Notes under the pieces: model-generated | What the model was told of the DNA's origin: nothing | The model's database searches: none | What the model saw: the letters and a program-made list of their open reading frames with translations, nothing else | Program-made: the position numbers and the translations under genes | Shown here: piece after piece, positions 1 to 11,344 of the stretch | Layout of the letters: each line of letters starts with the position of its first letter | Position numbering within the stretch: position 1 is the stretch's first letter | Source: Planctomycetota bacterium | GTDB lineage: Bacteria > Planctomycetota > Planctomycetia > Gemmatales > Gemmataceae | Assembly (NCBI GenBank): GCA_016177925.1 | Contig: JACOUH010000213.1 | Location: 1 to 21,535, forward strand | DNA: 21,535 nucleotides | Direction of reading: 5' to 3'

Positions 1-153
1 AGTTACGCCGGCTGCTGGATGCCGTCCTGGAGCCCGCGCCCGAACCACCACGCCGACGCCCCAAACCCCCGCTTCCCTCTCCCTTCGACAGCGGCTGACG
101 TACTTGTGTAGATACCCATGCCTGCAAGGAGAGGGGGAGCAATCCCTGTCTTT

Positions 154-180
154 CTCCCCCTCTCCGCTTCGGGGAGGGGG
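154..180. terminator. GC-rich hairpin with 11-bp stem (one G·U wobble) and 3-nt loop, downstream of the minus-strand DUF1501 gene; candidate transcript-end structure
   Basis: Seen directly: ccccctctccg (156-166), loop ctt, cggggaggggg (170-180). It sits about 50 bp beyond the stop of the 230-1498 minus-strand gene. No U-tract follows, which is expected at this GC content. Confidence 0.25.
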
Positions 181-229
181 CAGAGAAGAGGGGTTTCCTT
201 GGGTGTGCCCAGATAGCTCCCCCATGCAA

Positions 230-1498
<1,269 letters not shown>

Positions 1499-1501
1499 GT
1501 C

Positions 1502-2464
1502 TCAAAGCTCCTGCAGAATGGACTGAAGGTGTTCGCGCAGTATCTTCTCGACCTGGGGTTTGCCTCCGATGGAGTCATCATAAAAGATGACACGATAACT
1601 GCGAATATCGAAGGGCAGATCCCTGCCGCGCTGAGCAAGCAGGATCGTTGGCTTGTTGAGCGCATGCGCGTAACCGACCTCGTAATAGACATTCTGATTC
1701 GGCGCCGTGATTTCAGCGATCACCACTTTCGCGTCTTCGATCTTCTTCTGGATGTCCTGGAAGATGATGCCCGGGCCTGGAACTTCGTCGATCCGGGCAA
1801 CTTCAAAGCCCAGCGCTTGAGCTTTGGGCCGGATCACAGTCCGGTAAAGGGTGTCGTAGGGCTCCCCAAATTGCATGGCGACAAAAGCGGTGGGTGCCTT
1901 CCGTTGAACCGCAAAATCCTGAAATAGAACGGGCGATTTGGACATCGAGTAGAGGCCGAGTTGGTTTCCCGACGGGGGGCTAGACAGCAAATGCTCCAGC
2001 ACCGGGACGTCATCCACCACCAGAGAAATTCGCTGACCTTTCTGGGTCACCGTGAGCTGATAGTCCTGGTTGTAGCGGAGATTTTGAACCGAGCCGGCTC
2101 CCCGCCGAGGGACCCAGCCGGTCATCGGCAAGAACTCCCAGATCGCATACGCCAAGTCAGAGGCCCCCAACCCGGCAACCAGGTAGCCGCCCGATTCCGA
2201 CTGGTAACCGAGCACAATCCCCGCCGACTCACCCCTCAAGGGAGAGCTGGTTCCCTCGAATCGAACCTTCGCGCGGATAAGGCCATCTCGGAATCGTTCG
2301 TCACATATCGCAAGCCCATGCGCACCAGGCAAGGGCGTTGCGCCCGGACCTTCATAGTGAACGCTGCGATCCGCGATACCCCAGGAGCCGGCAATCGGCG
2401 CCCAGCGCGTAACAGGAACCCACTTTGGCTCTGCCTGGCTGATCATTCGGGTACTCACGATCAA
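1502..2464 (-). CDS. Two-domain protein of 320 aa (start TTG 2464 or ATG 2446): N-terminal DUF1080-like (3-keto-disaccharide-hydrolase / ConA-like jelly-roll) domain fused to a C-terminal nucleoside 2-deoxyribosyltransferase-like (NDT / TIR-like fold) domain; no signal peptide
   Basis: The N-terminal part (WVPVTRWAPIAGSWGIADRS ... FRDGLIRAKVRFEGTSSPLRGESAGIVLGYQSESGGYL ... GNQLGLYSMSKSPVLFQDFAV) follows the DUF1080 pattern, W..G.W.v.dg...F.l..e.r...NSGi..R ... G.iGLQ.hg..v.F.ni.i. The C-terminal part (FVAMQFGEPYDTLYRTVIRPKAQALGFEVARIDEV ... IEDAKVVIAEITAPNQNVYYEVGYAHALNKPTILLAQ) matches the NDT-like hallmark ...aD.vvA.l.....npGT.fE.GyA.AlgKPvi.l, with a candidate catalytic Glu in YYEVGYA. GC content is visibly lower than in the neighbouring genes. 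Confidence 0.7.
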   Translation of the reverse strand: MIVSTRMISQAEPKWVPVTRWAPIAGSWGIADRSVHYEGPGATPLPGAHGLAICDERFRDGLIRAKVRFEGTSSPLRGESAGIVLGYQSESGGYLVAGLGASDLAYAIWEFLPMTGWVPRRGAGSVQNLRYNQDYQLTVTQKGQRISLVVDDVPVLEHLLSSPPSGNQLGLYSMSKSPVLFQDFAVQRKAPTAFVAMQFGEPYDTLYRTVIRPKAQALGFEVARIDEVPGPGIIFQDIQKKIEDAKVVIAEITAPNQNVYYEVGYAHALNKPTILLAQRGRDLPFDIRSYRVIFYDDSIGGKPQVEKILREHLQSILQEL

Positions 2465-2555
2465 GAGACTTCTGCTGACCTCCCGCTCACCTGGATGAAT
2501 AATATCAAAACAGTAATGCTCGATGAAGGCAATACGCGGGGCAAGCTACTTTTGC
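2465..2555 (-). promoter_or_regulatory. AT-rich spacer between the PSD gene stop and the inserted gene; putative own promoter / insertion scar
   Basis: On the minus strand the stretch cattactgttttgatattattcatcc is about 27% GC in a window of about 68% GC. Candidate sigma70-like hexamers are present but none is convincing. Confidence 0.3.
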
Positions 2556-5732
<3,177 letters not shown>

Positions 5733-5829
5733 CGTTCTCTCGGCGTTCGGCGAGTCATCGCTGGAGGGTCATCTCTTGTTATATCGCAGTCCCCGGGAGT
5801 TTGCGACCAAGGTTTGCAATCGGCTGGCT
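5733..5829 (-). promoter_or_regulatory. Putative promoter / 5' leader of the PSD–inserted gene–DUF1501 operon
   Basis: On the minus strand: tcgcaa, then 17 nt, then tataac, read as -35 and -10-like hexamers about 60 nt upstream of ATG 5732. A weak match only. Confidence 0.2.
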
Positions 5830-6213
5830 TCATCCCGGAGCATCGCGCATGCACCACCAGACCCACAGGATGAGGGGGATTTGCAGTGGCAAGCGCACCA
5901 GGGCGATCACCGTCTTGGCGGTCCAGCCCGTAGCGAGGGCGTCGAGGAACATCTGCACGTTGGCGGGGAAGACCGCCACAAGGAGGGCAATCAGGCCCCA
6001 GCCGGCGGCGCGGCGCAGCGACGGAACCAGGATTCCGAGGCCGCCAGTGATCTCGAAGACCCCGCTCAGGTAGACCAGCTCGCGGTGCCACGGCAAGTAC
6101 GGGGGCATGATCTCCAGGTAGAGCTTCGGCCGAACGAAGTGCAGGACGCCCGCGCCGACGAAGAAGAAGGCGAGGACGATCCGTAGTAGAGCGCGTCCGT
6201 TTTGCCACTTCAT
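5830..6213 (-). CDS. DoxX family membrane protein (127 aa)
   Basis: ATG at 6213 is preceded by aggag with 7 nt spacing. Four predicted TM helices. The motifs LRIVLAFFFVGAGVLHF and LVAVFPANVQMFLDA are typical of DoxX. Confidence 0.75.
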   Translation of the reverse strand: MKWQNGRALLRIVLAFFFVGAGVLHFVRPKLYLEIMPPYLPWHRELVYLSGVFEITGGLGILVPSLRRAAGWGLIALLVAVFPANVQMFLDALATGWTAKTVIALVRLPLQIPLILWVWWCMRDAPG

Positions 6214-6228
6214 GGGCCGTACTCCTCT

Positions 6229-6282
6229 TTAGCCCGACGCGCAAGCGAGGAACACTTCAGCCTCGCTTGCGCGTCGGGCTAA
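6229..6282. terminator. Perfect hairpin (22-bp arms, 10-nt loop) between the serine-hydrolase gene and DoxX; candidate terminator or translational regulator
   Basis: ttagcccgacgcgcaagcgagg aacacttcag cctcgcttgcgcgtcgggctaa. It begins 24 nt after the hydrolase stop and, on the minus strand, ends 2 nt before the DoxX Shine-Dalgarno sequence. Confidence 0.5.
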
Positions 6283-6304
6283 GCAGCGGCGGTCGGCGCT
6301 GGGA

Positions 6305-7432
6305 CTACTTCACCGCCGCGGCGACGACGTTGCAGGCGCGAGCGAGGAAGCGGCCCTCGGGCTCCTGCGGCTGCGTCGTGAACAGGATGCAAAAGGACTC
6401 CGTCTCGGGGTCAAGCCAGCAGACGGTACCGGTGGCGCCCCAGTGGCCGTACGTGCGTCCGCCGAGCAGGTCGCCGAAGTTGGCCGAGTGGCCCGGCCAG
6501 TTCAGCCGCCAGCCCAGGCCCCACGGCCGGCAGCGCCGCTCCTCCTCCGGCACTGCTGGCATCACGGCCAGCTGGTTCGACGTCATCGCCCGCACCGTCG
6601 CCGGGCTCAGGAGCCGCACGTCCCCGAGCGTTCCGCCGTTGAGCATCATGCGACAGAAGCGGGCGAAGTCCGCCGGCGACGTGAGCATTCCGCCCCACGG
6701 CGCTCCGAAGCCCAGCCAGTACGCGCTGTTCCAGCCCCAGTCGGTGCCGGCCATCTCGGCCGGCACGCGCACCCCCGCGATCCGCTCGCGTCCCTTCCGG
6801 TCCGGGGGCCAGCCCAGCCAGGTGTCCTTCATGCCCAGCGGCTCGAAGATTTCCTTGCGGAGGAACTCCTGGATCGACTTGCCGGACACTTGATGGACGA
6901 TCTCGGCCAGCATAGCGGTGCCCATGCTCTGGTAGCTGACGCGTGTTCCAGGGGCGAACTGCAGGGGCAGCTTGCAGATCTCGTCGACGAACGCCGACAG
7001 CGGCTTGTGGGCCTGGCGCATCTTGACATTGTCCGGCAGCATGTCGGGCAGACCGCTGGTGTGCGTCATCAGGTGGCGCACCTGCACGTCCTGCTTGCCG
7101 TTGGCTGCGAACTTGGGCACGAACGCCGAAACCTTGTCCTCCAGCGTGATCTCGCCGCGTTCGACGAGCATCATGACCGCCGTGACCGTCACCGGCTTGG
7201 TGATCGAGGCGATCAGGAAGAGAGCGTCCTTGCCCAGTGGCGGCGCGTCCTTGTCGGGGCGCTGCCGGCCGAAGAACTGCGGCTCGACCACGCTGGTCTT
7301 GCGGCCGACGCAGAGGGCCGCGGCGGGCACCTTGTCGGAGTCGCACCAGCGCTTCAGCAGGTCGTAGGCCCGCTGCAGCTGATCGGGATCGAAACCGGCG
7401 GCCTCGGGTTTGGCGAGGGTCAAGACGGACAT
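6305..7432 (-). CDS. Serine hydrolase, beta-lactamase (class C / PBP-like) family, 375 aa
   Basis: ATG at 7432 has a GGAG Shine-Dalgarno sequence 6 nt upstream; the arginine-rich extension of the ORF track to 7651 is rejected. The SxxK motif is present in FLIASITKPVTVTAVMMLVERG, and the protein length fits the family. Confidence 0.85.
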   Translation of the reverse strand: MSVLTLAKPEAAGFDPDQLQRAYDLLKRWCDSDKVPAAALCVGRKTSVVEPQFFGRQRPDKDAPPLGKDALFLIASITKPVTVTAVMMLVERGEITLEDKVSAFVPKFAANGKQDVQVRHLMTHTSGLPDMLPDNVKMRQAHKPLSAFVDEICKLPLQFAPGTRVSYQSMGTAMLAEIVHQVSGKSIQEFLRKEIFEPLGMKDTWLGWPPDRKGRERIAGVRVPAEMAGTDWGWNSAYWLGFGAPWGGMLTSPADFARFCRMMLNGGTLGDVRLLSPATVRAMTSNQLAVMPAVPEEERRCRPWGLGWRLNWPGHSANFGDLLGGRTYGHWGATGTVCWLDPETESFCILFTTQPQEPEGRFLARACNVVAAAVK

Positions 7433-7890
7433 GGCAGACTCCTGTCTTCGTCGCGCCAGTCCAGCAGGGCGAGCAGCCCGTAAGCGAGGGCGCAGGCCCA
7501 CTGGACCGTGCTGACGTGAAGATACCAGCGATGGGCGGGATAGAACGCATCGGGATCGAGCACCGCAAAGGCGGCCGGGTCGAGGAGGGCATCGAGGTGC
7601 CGGTGCAGCCAGACCAGCAGGGCGAGCGCGACTGCCAGTCCACCCCAGCACAGCCAGCGCAGGGCCCGGCGTCGCGAGGCGGGACGAGCCGCGGCGTCCC
7701 AGGCGAGCAGCGGCAGGGCGACGGCCCCGGCGGCGTTGAGGTAGTTGGTCACGCGCCGCGTGACAAATCCCTGAAGCCGGCGCGAGAGAACTTCATGGCC
7801 GACCTGAACGACGACGGCGGCGTAGAAGGTAAAGCCGCCCTGCCAGAACATCAGGGCGGCCAGCACGAGCGCCCGACGCACCGTCGCCAC
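7420..7890 (-). CDS. Hypothetical 4-TM membrane protein (156 aa), overlapping the hydrolase start by 13 nt
   Basis: The ORF has four hydrophobic helices. It starts at GTG 7890, and its stop overlaps the start of the downstream hydrolase, so the two are probably co-transcribed. No family recognised. Confidence 0.45.
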   Translation of the reverse strand: MATVRRALVLAALMFWQGGFTFYAAVVVQVGHEVLSRRLQGFVTRRVTNYLNAAGAVALPLLAWDAAARPASRRRALRWLCWGGLAVALALLVWLHRHLDALLDPAAFAVLDPDAFYPAHRWYLHVSTVQWACALAYGLLALLDWRDEDRSLPCPS

Positions 7891-7924
7891 AGCCTCGTCT
7901 CCTCTATCATTTACGGCTCCTCCG

Positions 7925-7968
7925 GGCCCAAGGGCAAGCCTGGCCTTTCCTGGGCTTGCCCTTGGGCC
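7925..7968. promoter_or_regulatory. Perfect 16-bp-arm hairpin in the divergent intergenic region (7891-8167)
   Basis: ggcccaagggcaagcc tggcctttcctg ggcttgcccttgggcc, 35 nt upstream of the GTG 7890 gene on the minus-strand leader. Confidence 0.35.
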
Positions 7969-8167
7969 TGCTCTTTCTACCCTTCCTCAAGGGAAGTCTC
8001 CCGGATAACGGTATGGAATCTCTACTGGTCCATCTTGGGGTTGCGGTCGCCGTGCGACAACAGGTACACCACCCACTCGAAGATTTCGTCTTTCCTTGAA
8101 CGCGTCGAACAGGTGTTCCGGCATCTTCGACCCCTTCGATTGTTCAGCTGCCAGGCGAGGTCTCCCG

Positions 8168-8953
8168 ATGTTTGAATGGCTCTTCCGGGCTACTTGTCCC
8201 TGCGACCCCGCAGCGAAGCGCTGGGTGGAAGATCGGCTCCGCTGGCTCGCCCGGCAGTTCGGCCTGCACATCCTGCTGGAGCGGCCGATCATCCTGCCCA
8301 CGGACGAGTTCTTCCCGGACCCCTACGACGGCTCGCCGAAGGCGGTCCGGCGAATGTTCCGCCGGGTCTGCGAGTACATGGAGGTCGACCCGGAGGCGGT
8401 CGAGATCAAGCTGTTCACGGACCGGACGCCGGGGTCGATGGCGGCCCTCAACCCGTTGCGGGGCTTCGCCGCCGGTACGTGGCAGGGAGGCGAGGGGCCC
8501 TGGCAGAAGGGAGTCGTCCGGATCGAGCGCAGTGCCCTCGACCGGCCGGCCGACCTGGTCGGCACCATGGCCCATGAACTGGCCCACCAGCGCCTGCTGG
8601 GCGAGGGTCGGGCTGAACCGGATGCCTTTGACAACGAGTTGTTGACCGACCTGACGGCGGTGTACCACGGCTTCGGGGCGTTCCTCGCCAACAACCCGCG
8701 GAAGTCGACCGGGGAACTGGGCTACTGGCCCGGGACCGAACTCCGCAGGCCGGAGTACATCTCCGAGCCGATGCTTGGCTACGCGATGGCCCACATCGCC
8801 TGGTTCCGGGACGAGGACTGGCCGGCCTGGGCGAAAGCGCTCCGGTGGGCGCCCCGGGCAGTGTTCAAGCAGGGCCTGCGCTACCTGCAAACGACGGCCG
8901 ACTCGACCTTCACGCCGGTACGGTTGCGGGCCGCACGCGCTAACGACACCTGA
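8168..8953 (+). CDS. Hypothetical protein with an HExxH motif (putative zinc metallopeptidase-like), 261 aa
   Basis: ATG at 8168 (MFEWLFRATCPCD...); the ORF-track start at 8096 is probably too far upstream. The conserved block LVGTMAHELAHQRLLGEG carries the HExxH motif. No further family assignment is possible by eye. Confidence 0.55.
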   Translation: MFEWLFRATCPCDPAAKRWVEDRLRWLARQFGLHILLERPIILPTDEFFPDPYDGSPKAVRRMFRRVCEYMEVDPEAVEIKLFTDRTPGSMAALNPLRGFAAGTWQGGEGPWQKGVVRIERSALDRPADLVGTMAHELAHQRLLGEGRAEPDAFDNELLTDLTAVYHGFGAFLANNPRKSTGELGYWPGTELRRPEYISEPMLGYAMAHIAWFRDEDWPAWAKALRWAPRAVFKQGLRYLQTTADSTFTPVRLRAARANDT

Positions 8954-8971
8954 CCAGCCAGGGCATCGAGA

Positions 8972-8995
8972 GCGGGCAAGACGCCTGCCCTTACG
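8972..8995. repeat. Degenerate single copy of the REP-like palindromic unit found at 10483-10540
   Basis: gcgggcaag acgcctgccc ttacg, compared with the unit ggcaggcg aga cgcctgccctacg. It lies in the convergent 3' region between the HExxH gene and the flotillin gene. Confidence 0.3.
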
Positions 8996-10427
8996 CCGGC
9001 GGCGTCGCGCCGTTGGAGGTTTGCGGCTTGTCGAGTGCGCCCTTCGCCAGCTCCAGGACACTGGCGAGGAAGCCGACCAGCGAGCCCGTCGCGCCGCCGG
9101 CGTCGGGACCGATACTGATCGCCCGCAACTCCTCGGGCCGCGGCAGCGAGGCGGCAATCTCCGGCAGGCGAGCGATCAGCTGCGCCTGAACGTGCGGCGG
9201 CGACAGGTCGTTCTCCGCCGCTCGTCGCAGCTTGAACAGCCCCAGGTCGCGCTCCTCGCGACGGGCCCGCGCCTCGTGCGTCACGTCCTCGACCTCGACC
9301 GACGCGGCGGCCCGCAGCCGGTCGCGCTCGGCCCTGGCGCGGTCCAGGTCGATCTTGCGCTTGACCGCCTCCAGTTCCTCGGCGACACGGCGCCGCTCGA
9401 TGTCGAGCTGATGCAGGGCCAGCTCCAGGTCGGCCTCACGACGGGCGCGCTCGGTAGCGGTCCGGCCGGCGATGGCGCGCCGCTCCTCCTCCTGCTCGAC
9501 CTCGTGCCGGCGGGCGCGCTCGACCTGCTCGCGGTCGTAGTGCTCGCGCTGGCCGGTGAAGCGCAGTTCCTCGAGCTGCCGCTGGATGCCCAGCTCATCG
9601 GTCTCGCGCTTCTGGCGGTTGAGCTGTTCCTGCAAGGCAATCTGCTGGGCGGCCTCCAGTTCCGCGAGGCGAGCCAGCTTCTCGCGTTCGGCGCGGAATG
9701 GCTTCTGCAGGTTCTGCCACAGCTGCGTCGAACTGACCACCGCCTCCTTGATCTGCACGGTGACGATCTTCAGACCCAGGCCCGAGGCGGGATCTTCCTC
9801 GCGGTCGCCCTCGGCGACGGTGCGCAGCCTTTGCGTCAGTTCCTTGATGATCGGCTGCTTGTCGCTGAGGACGTCGTCGATCGACATGGTCGCGACCTTG
9901 TCCTTGATGGCGGCCTCGGCCTGCTCGCGAAGCTGGATATTCACGACCCGCATGGGATCTTCAGGATCGGAGAAGTCGAGCTTGCGATAGGCGGTGCGGA
10001 TGTCGTCGACGATCCACTGCACGTACGCCTGGACGAGGATGCCCTGGCGCTCGACGCAGACGCAGCGGGCGTTGATGAGCAGCGTCTGCACGACGGCGGG
10101 GACGACGAGAAAGGCGTCGGTGTAGGGGTTGTACGGGAAGGAGATGCCCATGCCGACATGCAACGGCTCGGGCCGGCCGCGGCGGGTATGGACGACGTAG
10201 ACATTGGGCGGCACGACGACAGTCTTCCAACGCCAGAAGCCGGTAATGCGGTAGTCGACGCCCCGCACAGGCTCGCTCTTCGCGGGCCCTGCCATAGCCA
10301 TAGAGTCGATTCCCTCGATCGCCGCCCCGGGTGCCGGCTTGGCTCGCCGGACGCGCTTCAGCTCGCCCTCGACCGCCGCCTGTTCCTGCATGACCTGGTT
10401 CAGGTAGTCGTTCTGCACTTGCTGCAT
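8991..10427 (-). CDS. SPFH/band-7 (flotillin-like) protein with a long C-terminal coiled coil, 478 aa
   Basis: ATG at 10427 with a gaggg box upstream. The SPFH core is YRITGFWRWKTVVVPPNVYVVHTRRGRPEPLHVGMG ... IVDDIRTAYRKLDF ... LGLKIVTVQIKEAVV. It is followed by a stretch rich in E, R, A, L and Q that is typical of the flotillin coiled coil. Confidence 0.85.
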   Translation of the reverse strand: MQQVQNDYLNQVMQEQAAVEGELKRVRRAKPAPGAAIEGIDSMAMAGPAKSEPVRGVDYRITGFWRWKTVVVPPNVYVVHTRRGRPEPLHVGMGISFPYNPYTDAFLVVPAVVQTLLINARCVCVERQGILVQAYVQWIVDDIRTAYRKLDFSDPEDPMRVVNIQLREQAEAAIKDKVATMSIDDVLSDKQPIIKELTQRLRTVAEGDREEDPASGLGLKIVTVQIKEAVVSSTQLWQNLQKPFRAEREKLARLAELEAAQQIALQEQLNRQKRETDELGIQRQLEELRFTGQREHYDREQVERARRHEVEQEEERRAIAGRTATERARREADLELALHQLDIERRRVAEELEAVKRKIDLDRARAERDRLRAAASVEVEDVTHEARARREERDLGLFKLRRAAENDLSPPHVQAQLIARLPEIAASLPRPEELRAISIGPDAGGATGSLVGFLASVLELAKGALDKPQTSNGATPPA

Positions 10428-10482
10428 GGATGTGCCCTCGTGAGAGATGGTTCATCAGCATTATACGCTCGTCGACCTCTCC

Positions 10483-10540
10483 CGTAGGGCAGGCGACCCG
10501 CCTGCCCTACGCGGGAGGCAGGCGAGACGCCTGCCCTACG
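10483..10540. repeat. Two tandem REP-like palindromic units (13-bp arms, 3-nt loops)
   Basis: Unit 1 is cgtagggcaggcg acc cgcctgccctacg, a perfect palindrome. Unit 2 is cgggaggcaggcg aga cgcctgccctacg, with an 8-bp perfect core. A degenerate copy lies at 8972-8995. The units sit in the divergent intergenic region between the flotillin and RluA genes. Confidence 0.6.
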
Positions 10541-10636
10541 GAAGAGGGGCGGGCGAGCCGGTTGCCGGACGCGGGGGTACAATACGGGGCATCGGGAAGA
10601 GGCCCCTCTCCTCCCCTGGCGCACTGGACACGTGTC

Positions 10637-11344
10637 GTGGATTTGCCTCCTCTGGAAATCCTGTACGAAGACAATCATTGCCTCGCCATCTACAAGCCCA
10701 GCGGCGCCCTGTCGACGCACTACGAGGGCAAGGAAGAAACCCTTGACCGCCAGGTGAAGGCCTACCTCAAGGAGAAGTACAAGAAGCCGGGCGACGTTTT
10801 CCTTGGCGTGGTGCATCGACTCGACCGGCCGGTGTCGGGCGTCTTGCTGTTCGCGCGGACGAGCAAGGCGGCGGAGCGGATCGCGCGGCAGTTCCGCGAG
10901 GGGACCGTCGACAAGGTGTACTGGGCGATCGTCGAGGGTGAACTGGTGTCGTCGGCCGGCTCGCTGGAGGACTGGCTGCTAAAGGACCGCCGCGCCGGCC
11001 GGGTCGGTCGTGTCGAGGTGGTCGAGCCGCGCACGACCGGGGCCCGGCAAGCACTCCTGCACTTCCAGCGCAAGGCGGTCCACGGCGAAGTGACGTGGGT
11101 GGAGGTGCGGCCGCAGACGGGGCGGACGCACCAGCTGCGCGTGCAGCTGGCGCACCACGGACACCCGATCTACGGCGACGCGAAGTACGGCTCGGTCCAC
11201 ACCTTCGGCCGGTCCATCGGCCTGCACGCACGCGCGCTCACCTTCCTGCACCCGGTCCGTTACGAGCCGATCACGCTGACCGCGGAGGTGCCGCGGCAGT
11301 GGCGCGGCCGGTTCGCGTACCTGCTAAGGGAGGGCCAGGTGTGA
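10637..11344 (+). CDS. RluA-family pseudouridine synthase (about 235 aa)
   Basis: The family motif HRLDRPVSGVLLFARTSKAA is present, with a conserved N-terminus ILYEDNHCLAIYKPSGALS and C-terminus GRTHQLRVQLAHHGHPIYGDAKYG. The start is probably GTG 10637; the ORF track begins at 10430 inside the repeat region. Confidence 0.85.
   Translation: MDLPPLEILYEDNHCLAIYKPSGALSTHYEGKEETLDRQVKAYLKEKYKKPGDVFLGVVHRLDRPVSGVLLFARTSKAAERIARQFREGTVDKVYWAIVEGELVSSAGSLEDWLLKDRRAGRVGRVEVVEPRTTGARQALLHFQRKAVHGEVTWVEVRPQTGRTHQLRVQLAHHGHPIYGDAKYGSVHTFGRSIGLHARALTFLHPVRYEPITLTAEVPRQWRGRFAYLLREGQV

Noticed and set aside
6411-7643. 410-aa minus-strand ORF and the N-terminal extension of the hydrolase ORF to 7651
   Set aside because: This is an alternate frame of the serine hydrolase. 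The real start is ATG 7432 with a GGAG Shine-Dalgarno sequence, and the upstream extension is arginine-rich and overlaps the preceding membrane-protein gene.
8775-10487. 570-aa plus-strand ORF
   Set aside because: It is antisense to the SPFH/flotillin gene, which has clear family motifs.
10483-10540. Possible CRISPR array
   Set aside because: There are only two adjacent units, each is itself a palindrome, there are no unique spacers, and no cas genes are nearby. This is REP-like, not CRISPR.
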